Below are positions 54,526 through 63,073 of a stretch of DNA of 64,000 bases, in pieces. The position numbers were made by a program, and so were the translations under genes. The stretch's first letter is position 1; each line of letters opens with the position of its first letter. The stretch comes from Clostridia bacterium (lineage in GTDB: Bacteria > Bacillota > Clostridia > Oscillospirales > CAG-272), in assembly GCA_017398145.1 (NCBI GenBank), contig JAFQHD010000108.1, forward strand, positions 4,456-68,455, given 5' to 3'. The notes below the pieces were generated by a model. That model searched no databases. It had not been told where the DNA came from and saw only the letters and a list, made by a program, of their open reading frames with translations.

Positions 54526-55299
54526 ATGGAAATTATCGATACCCACGCTCATTACGATGACAGCAGGTTCGATGGTAATAGAGATGAGCTTATAGCCGAT
54601 GTTTTAAACATCGGCTATATCCGAAATATCATCAACTCATCCTATTCTATCGATTCCGCAAAGGTAGCAAGAGAGCTTTCAAGAAAATATCCGCAGTTCT
54701 ATTTTACCGCAGGCATACACCCCCACGACAGCGGAAAGGCAGGGGATAGGGATCGAGCACTTTTTGAGCTTGAGGGACTGCTGCGTGACCCTAAATGTGT
54801 TGCGCTCGGCGAGATAGGTCTTGACTATCATTACGATTTTTCAGACCGTGACACACAGAAAAAATGGTTTGAGTGGCAGATGCAGTTAGCTGACCGTCTG
54901 GGCGTTCCCGTTGCCATACACGACCGTGAGGCTCACGGCGACTGTATGGATATGGTAAGAAAATATCCCGAGGTCATAGGCGAGTTTCATTCCTTCTCAG
55001 GTTCGGCAGAGATGGCAAAGGAGCTGGTCAAGAGAGGGTGGTATATCTCCTTTTCCGGAGTAATAACCTTCAAGAACGCTTCAAAGATTCTTGAAGCGGT
55101 AAAGGCAGTACCCCTTGACCGCATAATGATAGAAACAGACGCTCCCTACCTTGCTCCCGTACCCAAGAGAGGTAAGGACAACAACTCCGCCTATATGAAG
55201 TACACAGCAGAGGCGGCAGCCAACGTGCTGGGTATGGACGTAGAGGAATTCTGTGCGGCAACCACCGAGAATGCCAAGAGACTTTTCGGCATTAAGTGA
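54526..55299 (+). CDS. tatD: TatD-family metal-dependent hydrolase
   Basis: DTHAH N-terminal motif, plus later HDRE and ETDAPY motifs. Confidence 0.9.
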   Translation: MEIIDTHAHYDDSRFDGNRDELIADVLNIGYIRNIINSSYSIDSAKVARELSRKYPQFYFTAGIHPHDSGKAGDRDRALFELEGLLRDPKCVALGEIGLDYHYDFSDRDTQKKWFEWQMQLADRLGVPVAIHDREAHGDCMDMVRKYPEVIGEFHSFSGSAEMAKELVKRGWYISFSGVITFKNASKILEAVKAVPLDRIMIETDAPYLAPVPKRGKDNNSAYMKYTAEAAANVLGMDVEEFCAATTENAKRLFGIK

Positions 55300-55331
55300 A
55301 TAGAGAATAGTGAATAGAGAATAGTGAATAA
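55297..55331 (+). repeat. Heptad array TGAATAG/AGAATAG x5 bridging the tatD stop and the next start
   Basis: TGAATAGAGAATAGTGAATAGAGAATAGTGAATAA. The tatD TGA is the first repeat unit. Confidence 0.9.
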
Positions 55332-55335
55332 CAAA

Positions 55336-55932
55336 ATGACAATAACTTACGAAGACGGTACAGGATTATATATCAATTCCACCAACCGCTGTACCAATAA
55401 TTGCGACTTTTGTGTCCGTACTACTGAGGACGGATATTACGGCAACCTGTGGCTGGAGCGTGAGCCAACTGTTGAAGAAATGATTGCAGATATAGACAAG
55501 AGAGATCTCGCCAAATACACCGAGGTAGTGTTCTGCGGCTACGGTGAGCCTACCATGAGACTTGACGATATTCTTGAGGTAGCAAAGCATATTAAAGAGG
55601 TATGTGACCTGCCTGTACGTATCAATACCAACGGTTTAGCCAACCTTTATTATGAGGACGATATCACTGAAAAATTTGAGGGCCTTATAGATGCAATTTC
55701 TGTCAGCCTTAATGCCGCAAACTCGGACGAATACGTCCGTGTCTGTCATCCCGTATTTGGGGATAAGGCATTCGAGGGAATACTTGACTTTACCGCCAAG
55801 GCTACAAAGTACGTACCCAAGGTCTATATGTCGGTGGTAGAGGGCTTTTTGAGCGAAGAGGACATCAACATCTGCCGTGCCCTTGCATCCTTTGTGGGTG
55901 CAGAGCTAAGAGTCCGCGAGTTTATAGGATGA
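55336..55932 (+). CDS. TatD-associated radical SAM protein
   Basis: CxxxCxxC (CTNNCDFC) near the N-terminus, about 200 aa, adjacent to tatD. The ATG at 55336 has no recognisable SD. Confidence 0.75.
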   Translation: MTITYEDGTGLYINSTNRCTNNCDFCVRTTEDGYYGNLWLEREPTVEEMIADIDKRDLAKYTEVVFCGYGEPTMRLDDILEVAKHIKEVCDLPVRINTNGLANLYYEDDITEKFEGLIDAISVSLNAANSDEYVRVCHPVFGDKAFEGILDFTAKATKYVPKVYMSVVEGFLSEEDINICRALASFVGAELRVREFIG

Positions 55933-56666
55933 AAAGAATAGTTGTATTTTTACTTGCAGTCTGCCTCTGCTTTCCCTTTATTTCCTGTACAAAAGAGGAA
56001 AAGGAAAACAAGGTCATATCCGACATTCTGTTTTTAGGGGACGACCTGATGGAGACAAGCAAGGTATATGAATACTTTGAGGAGCTCTGCCGTATCAACG
56101 GTAAGACCTCGGTCAGCATAACTCATTATGCTCTTGAGGATGCCCGTATGTATACTTACGCCGATATGTGTAAGGAGGACAAGGAGTTTCGCTCCCTTGT
56201 AAAGAATGCCGACGTTATCCTCTTTCAGGAGGGAAGTGCTGAGACTGCCACCACGTTAGAGTCGGTTACCAAGCTATTGGAATATGCTGACGATCCCTTG
56301 GTAGTTTGTATCTCCTACTACGGATATCCCCGCTGGATGCACCGCAACATTTTTCTCAATTCCCATCCCGATTTTAGATATGCAGACTCCAACACCGTTA
56401 TCGGCGGCATACTTACCCCCGAGGATGCGCCCGTAGGCTACGAGCATCTTTACGAGGATGATTACAGGCATCCAAATGAGCTTAACGGCTTTATAGTTTC
56501 TTTGATCTGCTATTCCAAGGTCTATGACGTTAAGCCTGCAAATATCAAATGGCAGGGAATAGAGGAAAAGCAAGGACTTATGGTCGGTACTCCCTGTACT
56601 ACTGCAGCGGAGCTTGCCGAATTGCTTTCCGAACTACATAAAGGCGTAATTAAGCATATAAATTGA
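55929..56666 (+). CDS. Putative lipoprotein, hypothetical (SGNH-like?)
   Basis: Lipobox-like PFISC after a signal peptide. 4-nt overlap with the upstream gene. Confidence 0.55.
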   Translation: MKRIVVFLLAVCLCFPFISCTKEEKENKVISDILFLGDDLMETSKVYEYFEELCRINGKTSVSITHYALEDARMYTYADMCKEDKEFRSLVKNADVILFQEGSAETATTLESVTKLLEYADDPLVVCISYYGYPRWMHRNIFLNSHPDFRYADSNTVIGGILTPEDAPVGYEHLYEDDYRHPNELNGFIVSLICYSKVYDVKPANIKWQGIEEKQGLMVGTPCTTAAELAELLSELHKGVIKHIN

Positions 56667-56691
56667 CCGCACTCTTTTGAGTGCGGTTTTG
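56666..56691 (+). terminator. Rho-independent terminator
   Basis: ACCGCACTC-tttt-GAGTGCGGT followed by TTTT. Confidence 0.85.
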
Positions 56692-56732
56692 TCGATATGT
56701 TTCGCCTATGGCGAAACGAGAAGAGTAAAAAG

Positions 56733-56755
56733 AAAAAGGTGCGAAAGCACCTTTT
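56733..56755 (-). terminator. Terminator of the minus-strand sugar-acid operon
   Basis: AAAGGTGC-tttc-GCACCTTT followed by TTTTCTTTTT on the minus strand. Confidence 0.75.
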
Positions 56756-56852
56756 ATCTTTTTAACGTATAGGAAATTGCGTTGTGACGTGTGACAGACA
56801 AAAGCCAATATCTAAGTTTCAGAGCGCAGTATGCCCGCGGGGGCTTCCCCGC

Positions 56853-57929
56853 TTATCTTTTAACTCTTGCGTTACCGCCCCAGATGGACCAGACCTGATC
56901 CTCATCCATGGGCTGTGCGTAGTCGGTTAAGAATGTGGTCGCCATAGCACCTGTAGCCCAACCGAACTGTATCCACTTCTCGGATTCCCAACCCTTGAGA
57001 ATGGAGTAGAGAAGACCGCCTACAAAGCCGTCACCGCCGCCGATACGGTCAAGTACGGTGATATCTCTGGGTTCAACCACGTGCCAATCGTCGCCTGCGA
57101 GGAGAATTGCTCCCCAGAGGTGATGATTTACGCTGATGACCTGACGAAGGGTGGTAGCAAATACCTTTGCGTTGGGGAACGCTTTTCTTACGTTCTCGAT
57201 CATACCCTTGAAACCGTCGATCTTAGCGGCAATATCCTTGCCGCCTGCCTCGGGACCCTGAATGCCTAAACAAAGCTGGAAGTCCTCCTCGTTACCGATA
57301 AGGATATCGGAAACGGAAGCGATCTCGGTGAAGATATCGTGGAGCTCCTGCTCTCTGCCTTCCCAGAAGGAAGCGCGGTGGTTTAAGTCAAAGGAAATAA
57401 GTGTGCCGTACTTCTTTGCCGCTCTTGCAAGCTCAAGACAGAACTGGCTTGTCTCGTGAGAAAGAGCGCCGATAAGACCGGAGAGATGGAGGATACCAAC
57501 ACCCTCCTCGCCGAAGATACGGTCAAGGTCAAAGTCGTTTATATTAAGTGTACGTCCTACCTCGCCTGCACGGTCGTTGCATACACGGGGACCACGTGCG
57601 CCGTAGCCGCTGTCAGCAATGTTGAACTGATGACGGTAACCCCAGGGGCCGCCCTGAGGAACCTCAGGACCTTCAAAATCCATGCCTCTGGAACGAAGAT
57701 CGCGCTTGATAAACTCTGCTATGGGGCTGTCCTTAACGAAGGTGGTAAGCACCTTTGTGGGTAAGCCCAGGTAAGCGGAGATAGATGCAACGTTGGTTTC
57801 CGCTGAGGTAGCCTGCATCATAAACATATTGCTTGATGCAACAGGCTGACCGTTAGGAGGGCAGATACGAACGCCCATACTGGTGGGAACGACAAGGCTG
57901 TATTTACAATTATCTTTAATCTTTAACAT
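56853..57929 (-). CDS. PfkB-family sugar(-acid) kinase (KdgK-like)
   Basis: Ribokinase-like fold with the C-terminal motif DRIGGGDGFVGGLLY. 358 aa. Confidence 0.8.
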   Translation of the reverse strand: MLKIKDNCKYSLVVPTSMGVRICPPNGQPVASSNMFMMQATSAETNVASISAYLGLPTKVLTTFVKDSPIAEFIKRDLRSRGMDFEGPEVPQGGPWGYRHQFNIADSGYGARGPRVCNDRAGEVGRTLNINDFDLDRIFGEEGVGILHLSGLIGALSHETSQFCLELARAAKKYGTLISFDLNHRASFWEGREQELHDIFTEIASVSDILIGNEEDFQLCLGIQGPEAGGKDIAAKIDGFKGMIENVRKAFPNAKVFATTLRQVISVNHHLWGAILLAGDDWHVVEPRDITVLDRIGGGDGFVGGLLYSILKGWESEKWIQFGWATGAMATTFLTDYAQPMDEDQVWSIWGGNARVKR

Positions 57930-57944
57930 TTTACTTTCTCCAAT

Positions 57945-58110
57945 CGTTATTCACTATTCGTTATTCTCTATTCACTATTCACTCTTAAAAAGCATCAGTG
58001 AATAATGAATAGTGAATAGTGAATAGATAATAGTGATGGTTGAAAACTGTTGCTTTAATGCAACAGTTTTCTTCCTTAATTTTGCATTTTTTATTTTGCA
58101 TTTTGCATTT
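57945..58110. repeat. Composite element B: inverted heptad arms, TGGTT, 12-bp hairpin, TTCCTTAAT, (TTTGCAT)n
   Basis: CTATT-type arm 57945-57983 and GAATAG-type arm 57997-58036. Hairpin GAAAACTGTTGC-tttaat-GCAACAGTTTTC at 58042-58071. TTTGCAT repeats at 58081-58110. Confidence 0.9.
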
Positions 58111-58120
58111 TTACAATGCT

Positions 58121-59572
58121 TTACGCATTGTAAATGGTTGCCGCAGTATCGCCGCCCATGCCGGTCCAGTTGGTGTGGAAGAACTCGCCTCTGGGGCAGT
58201 CAACTCTCTCGTAGGTGTGAGCACCGAAGTAGTCTCACTGAGCCTGGAGCAGGTTTGCGGGAAGTCTGTCACAGCGGTAGCCGTCATAGTAGGTGAGAGC
58301 TGTAGCCATAGCGGGAGCGGGAATACCGTTGGTAAGAGCTGCCGCACATACACGTCTCCAGCCTGCCTGAGCCTCGTCGATGATACCCTTGAAGTAGGGG
58401 TCAAGAAGGAGGTTGGTAAGCTCGGGATTAGCGTCAAATGCTTCCTTGATCTTACCGAGGAACACGCTTCTGATGATACAGCCGCCGCGCCACATAAGAG
58501 CTATGCCGCCGTAGTTGAGGTTCCAGCCGTAGGTCTTAGCTGCGGTTCTCATAAGAGCGTAGCCCTGAGCGTAGGAGATGATCTTGGATGCAAAGAGAGC
58601 GGACTTGATATCCTTGATAAATGCTTCCTTGTCACCCTCGAACTTAGGCTCGGGACCGGTTAAGATCTTGCTTGCCGCAACTCTCTCTTCTTTGATAGCA
58701 GACAGACATCTGGAGTAAACAGCCTCACCGATAAGAGTCAGCGGAACACCCTCGTCAAGAGATGCGATAGCAGTCCACTTACCTGTACCCTTCTGTCCTG
58801 CGGTGTCAAGGATTTTTTCTACTATGGGCTCACCGTCTTCATCTTTATAAGCTAAAATATCACGGGTGATCTCGATAAGGTAACTGTCAAGCTCCTCCTC
58901 GTTCCACTTAGCAAATACCTCGTGCATTTCGTCGCAGGACATACCGAGGTAATTCTTCATTATCTGATAAGCTTCGCAGATAAGCTCCATATCACCGTAC
59001 TCGATACCGTTGTGTACCATCTTAACGAAGTGACCTGCGCCGCCTTCGCCAACCCAGTCACAGCAAGGAGAGCCGTCCTCTACCTTTGCACAGATAGCCT
59101 GGAAGATAGGCTTAACAAAGGGCCATGCTGCGGGAGAGCCGCCGGGCATCATGCTGGGGCCGTTAAGTGCGCCCTCTTCACCGCCGGAAACACCGGTACC
59201 GATGTAGAGAAGACCCTTAGACTCAACGTACTGCGTTCTTCTGATAGTGTCGGGAAAGTGGGAGTTACCGCCGTCGATAATGATATCGCCTTCTTCAAGG
59301 AGGGGGATAAGGGTCTCGATCATAGCATCAACAGCAGAGCCCGCCTTGATCATCATCATAACCTTACGGGGCTTTTCGAGAGAAGCAACAAGCTCCTCAA
59401 GGCTGTATGTGCCGACTATATTTTTGCCGGCAGCACGACCTTCAACGAAGTTCTTTACCTTTTCTGTAGTTCTGTTGTATACGGATACGGTAAAGCCCTT
59501 GCTTTCCATATTCATAACAAGATTTTCGCCCATTACGGCGAGGCCGATAAGACCGATGTCTGACTTTTTCAT
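58121..59572 (-). pseudogene. gnd: 6-phosphogluconate dehydrogenase (decarboxylating) interrupted by one in-frame TGA (58235-58237)
   Basis: 445 codons (GLIGLAVMGENL ... LPANLLQAQ), then TGA, then 37 more in-frame codons ([37 protein letters not shown]) that continue the conserved Gnd C-terminus. Confidence 0.85.
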
Positions 59573-59600
59573 GATTGTCTCCTATATAATTAATTATTTT

Positions 59601-59749
59601 TTATTCGGTTATTAACTATTCACTATTCGTTATTCACTATTCACTAACTATCGGTTTTATATAACAAGTGAATAGTGAATAGAGAATAGATAATAGTGAA
59701 TAGTGATGGTTGAAAACCGCCAAAGCGGTTTTCTTCCTTAATTTTGCAT
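59601..59749. repeat. Composite element C, with the same architecture as element B
   Basis: Arms at 59601-59646 and 59668-59706. Conserved GTGATGGTTGAAAAC. Hairpin GAAAACCGC-caaa-GCGGTTTTC at 59712-59733 (stem differs from B, pairing kept). TTCCTTAATTTTGCAT at 59734-59749 overlaps the PHP stop codon. Confidence 0.9.
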
Positions 59750-60586
59750 TCCCTCTAATACCGAATAGGGAATTGTCATATTTCCTAATCCTTTTCCGAT
59801 GGAAATATGAGGCTTGAACGCACCGTGGAAATCGGTGCCGCCTGAAATTGCAAGACCAAGCTCTGCTGCCATTGCTTGATACTCCTCTTGCATCTCGGGA
59901 GTGTAGTCTGTGTAGTAGCCCTCAACACCATAAAGACCCTTCGCCTTTAATCGGGTGAGGAAAGCCTTGAGTTCATCGTGAGGCTTGCGGGTAAGATGCA
60001 GATGAGCTACAAACGCCTTACCCCCTGCCTGATTTATAAGCTCTACACATTCTTCATCTGTCAGAGCCTGTCTGCCAGAATAAGCGGGTCTGCCGTTGGC
60101 AAGATACTTGTCAAAGGCTTCTCTTACCGACTCGCAGTAGCCCTTCTTTACCATTATTTTTGCAAAGTGGGCGCGACAGAGCACATCTGTCTCGGCTATT
60201 TCCTCAACCTCGTGCATTGTAACGTCAAAACCAAGTCCACGGAGCTTTTCGCATATCTCTTCTTCTCGCTCGATACGCACCTGACGCACATATTTGAGCT
60301 TTTCGAGAAGAACCTCGTTATTAATGTCTATAAAATATCCGAGGATATGGGTTTCGGTATCAGATTCTGCCGAAAGCTCTATTGCAGGGATGACCTCAAT
60401 ACCGATACGCTCGCCTTCAGCCACCGCCTCGGCAACACCCGAAAGGCTGTCATGGTCGGAAAGTGCAATAGCGGAGATACCCTCCGCCTTTGCGTGGCAT
60501 ACCAGCTCTGTAGGAGTCATAGAGCCGTCCGAATATATCGAATGTGTGTGTAAGTCTATTATTTTTTCCATAATCATAAGGTCCAA
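59738..60586 (-). CDS. PHP-domain metal-dependent phosphoesterase
   Basis: DLHTHSxxSDG N-terminal motif and the later motifs SDHD and GGTDFHG. Confidence 0.85.
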   Translation of the reverse strand: MDLMIMEKIIDLHTHSIYSDGSMTPTELVCHAKAEGISAIALSDHDSLSGVAEAVAEGERIGIEVIPAIELSAESDTETHILGYFIDINNEVLLEKLKYVRQVRIEREEEICEKLRGLGFDVTMHEVEEIAETDVLCRAHFAKIMVKKGYCESVREAFDKYLANGRPAYSGRQALTDEECVELINQAGGKAFVAHLHLTRKPHDELKAFLTRLKAKGLYGVEGYYTDYTPEMQEEYQAMAAELGLAISGGTDFHGAFKPHISIGKGLGNMTIPYSVLEGMQN

Positions 60587-61815
60587 AGTCCGAGAGCGGG
60601 ATTGCTGATATAGAATATCTCCTCACCGTCAATAGTATGGAAGCCGTCTGTCAGCACCTTGGGGTCATACTTCTTTGTGATCTCGTCGTAGGGAATATAC
60701 TTAAAGTTGACTCCCTCAACCTCTTCCTTGCCTATCTCCTTTGTACAGTAGGTGATAGAGAAGCGGTCATCGCTTGAACCGTGGATAAGATGAGCCGCAA
60801 CAGAGAGGTTCTGCTTGAGATCGTCATGCTCTTTTACAAGCTCAAGAACCTTTTCTCTGCCGACATAGCCGTACTTACGGATAAGACGGTCGTTTTCATC
60901 GTCCTCACCGAACTTCTTTACAGCAGGCGCAAGGATGATAAGCTCGCCCTCATCGGCGATAGCCATACGGGTACGGTAAACCGCCTTGTTGCCAAGCCAT
61001 GTGCTCTTGAACTCACGGGGATCGAGGTAAACAACTACCTTCTTAAGAGGCTTGTCCATCTTGTTGAGGTTGGTGCCCTGGCTGTTCTTTACCGCCATCT
61101 CAAAGAGCTCACGCTTTCTGCCTATATACAGACCGTGGATGAAGGTATCGTCCCCCTTGTTTGTGGTAACGGTAAGAACGTACATAAGCGGAACGTCTTT
61201 CAAAAAGTTTTCCTCAGCGTAGTCAAACACCTTACGTACAGGGGAGAAATCCTTGCCCATAATACGCTCCATACCGTAGAAGGCACCCAGCATATGGGAA
61301 GAGTTTATCATAGAGGAGCCGCCGCAACCAACGAAGATGTTCTTGGAGTAGTTAGCCATACCCACTACCTCGTGGGGAACTACCTGACCTGCGGAAATGA
61401 TAAGGTCGTACTTTTTGTCCATAATACGGCGGTTGACCTCAACATCGATCTTATCGGTAACAAGACCCTCGGAAACCTCTGAAACAAATTCACCGGGAAC
61501 CTCGCCTAACTTTATAACATCGGTCTTCCAGTTGTGTACAAGTATCTTTTCGAAGGGAACGTCTGCACCGAAGAACGCCTTGCATTCAGCCTCGGTCATG
61601 GGTTCGTGAGTGCCGAGGGCAGGCATAATGTCAACCTCGCACTTGTCCTTTAAAAGATCGTAATAAATTTCGGTTATCTTGCCTGCGCCCGAATACATAC
61701 GGGTGTAGTCGGGAGGCAGAATTAGAACCTTTTTCAGATCCTTGCCCTCAAGGGATTTTGCAAGAGCCTCGCGGAGCTCGGTATCATTTAAGCCTTCTTT
61801 GCTTTCGTAAAACAT
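60574..61815 (-). CDS. LarA-like (lactate racemase domain, DUF2088) protein
   Basis: GTH motif, then PH-x9-K-x15-H (PHEVVGMANYSKNIFVGCGGSSMINSSH). As I recall it, this spacing matches LarA His174/Lys184/His200. Confidence 0.7.
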   Translation of the reverse strand: MFYESKEGLNDTELREALAKSLEGKDLKKVLILPPDYTRMYSGAGKITEIYYDLLKDKCEVDIMPALGTHEPMTEAECKAFFGADVPFEKILVHNWKTDVIKLGEVPGEFVSEVSEGLVTDKIDVEVNRRIMDKKYDLIISAGQVVPHEVVGMANYSKNIFVGCGGSSMINSSHMLGAFYGMERIMGKDFSPVRKVFDYAEENFLKDVPLMYVLTVTTNKGDDTFIHGLYIGRKRELFEMAVKNSQGTNLNKMDKPLKKVVVYLDPREFKSTWLGNKAVYRTRMAIADEGELIILAPAVKKFGEDDENDRLIRKYGYVGREKVLELVKEHDDLKQNLSVAAHLIHGSSDDRFSITYCTKEIGKEEVEGVNFKYIPYDEITKKYDPKVLTDGFHTIDGEEIFYISNPALGLWTL

Positions 61816-61917
61816 AATTCTTTCCTTTTATATAAATAAAATCACAAGTATTCTAGCACAAGGGTATCCTAAAGTCAATAATGAAGTCCAATATATTATT
61901 GCCCATTCTTTGTAAAT

Positions 61918-62889
61918 TTACATTTTTTCGTTTTCTGTGAGTATTCTGTCGAGAATTGATACGACCTCGTCGGCAGATTCGGAATGGTTGATGTCAACCC
62001 TTGCCGTTGCGGCAGAGCGCATACCCTTCAGATACCACGCAAGATGCTTTCTTGCCTCGCGGATACCCGTATACTCACCCTTGTCCGCAATAAGCATCGA
62101 AAGATGCTCCTTGGCTACGGCAATACGCTCGGCAACAGACGGAGAATTATATTCCTTGCCCTCAAGGGCACAGCCTATTTCCTTGAATATCCAAGGGTTG
62201 CCGTAAGCACCTCTTGCCACCATTACACCGTCACAGCCGGTATACTCTAACATATGCACAGCATCGGCGGCGGTATATATGTCGCCGTTACCGAGTACGG
62301 GAACGGACAGAGCAGATTTTACATCTTTTATTATATCAAGGTCGATGCCGGGATTATACATTTGGGATTTTGTGCGTCCGTGTACAGTTATCATATCTGC
62401 TCCGGCCTTTTCCATACGGAGAGCAAAATATACGGCGTTTTTGCTGTTCTCGTCCCATCCTGCTCTTATCTTGACGGACAGAGGAGCTTTGATGGCGGAG
62501 GACACCGTTTTCACTATCTCCTCAGCAAGGACGGAATCCTTCATTAGAGCAGAGCCCTCACCGTTTGAAACTATTTTTTTAACGGGACAGCCCATATTAA
62601 CGTCTATCATATGAGGCTGAAAACGCTTTTCCAGCATTGCCGCCGCCTCTGCCATAATATCAGGCTCGTGACCGAATATCTGTATAGAGCAGGGAGAGGT
62701 GAGAGCGTCAAATTTTGCCAGATCCTCTGTTTTTTCGTCTCCGTAGTGCAGAGCCTTTGCTGATAACATTTCGGTCACCGACATTTCCGCACCCATACGG
62801 TGGCAGAGTACGCGCATGGAATAATCGGTGACCCCTGCCATAGGCGCGAGGAAAATACCTTTGTCGAATTTTAAATTTTTTATCTGCAT
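61918..62889 (-). CDS. dusB: tRNA-dihydrouridine synthase
   Basis: ORF 61918..62970. LAPMAGVTD N-terminal motif and an FMN-binding TIM barrel (GCPVKKI, HGRT). The ATG at 62889 is favoured. Confidence 0.9.
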   Translation of the reverse strand: MQIKNLKFDKGIFLAPMAGVTDYSMRVLCHRMGAEMSVTEMLSAKALHYGDEKTEDLAKFDALTSPCSIQIFGHEPDIMAEAAAMLEKRFQPHMIDVNMGCPVKKIVSNGEGSALMKDSVLAEEIVKTVSSAIKAPLSVKIRAGWDENSKNAVYFALRMEKAGADMITVHGRTKSQMYNPGIDLDIIKDVKSALSVPVLGNGDIYTAADAVHMLEYTGCDGVMVARGAYGNPWIFKEIGCALEGKEYNSPSVAERIAVAKEHLSMLIADKGEYTGIREARKHLAWYLKGMRSAATARVDINHSESADEVVSILDRILTENEKM

Positions 62890-62998
62890 ATTTACTCCAA
62901 ACTGTATATTATTAATAGTATATAATAATAAAAAAGCTTTTTCAACCCTCTGTATTATAGAAATGTTCAATAAATATTAATAAATTTGTGAATTTTTA

Positions 62999-63027
62999 TT
63001 GACAAATAAATTTTTGTGTGGTATAAT
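62999..63027 (+). promoter_or_regulatory. Consensus promoter TTGACA-17-(TGg)TATAAT
   Basis: TTGACA at 62999-63004, an extended -10 TG at 63019-63020 and TATAAT at 63022-63027. Confidence 0.75.
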
Positions 63028-63073
63028 TCAGCATATTTATTTTTTATTACATAATTTCAGGAGGATTTCAATT

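Noticed and set aside
58235-58237. Selenocysteine or a reassigned genetic code (TGA as sense) at the gnd in-frame TGA
   Set aside because: The homologous position is an invariant Arg, not Cys/Sec. I see no SECIS-like hairpin immediately 3' of the codon. Many genes in this window (potB, potC/D, prpC, prkC, queA, tatD, the ABC permease) end at TGA exactly where full-length homologs end, so TGA is a normal stop in this genome.
58033-58663. Plus-strand ORFs 58033..58296 and 58040..58663
   Set aside because: Both start inside the heptad/hairpin repeat element and then run antisense to gnd. They are artefacts of the stop-poor antisense frame.
57945-59749. Integron-type attC sites or a gene cassette around gnd
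   Set aside because: No intI integrase or attI site is present. There are no recognisable R''/R' core sites (RYYYAAC / GTTRRRY). The flanked gene is core metabolism inside an operon. The structural analogy is noted only as such.
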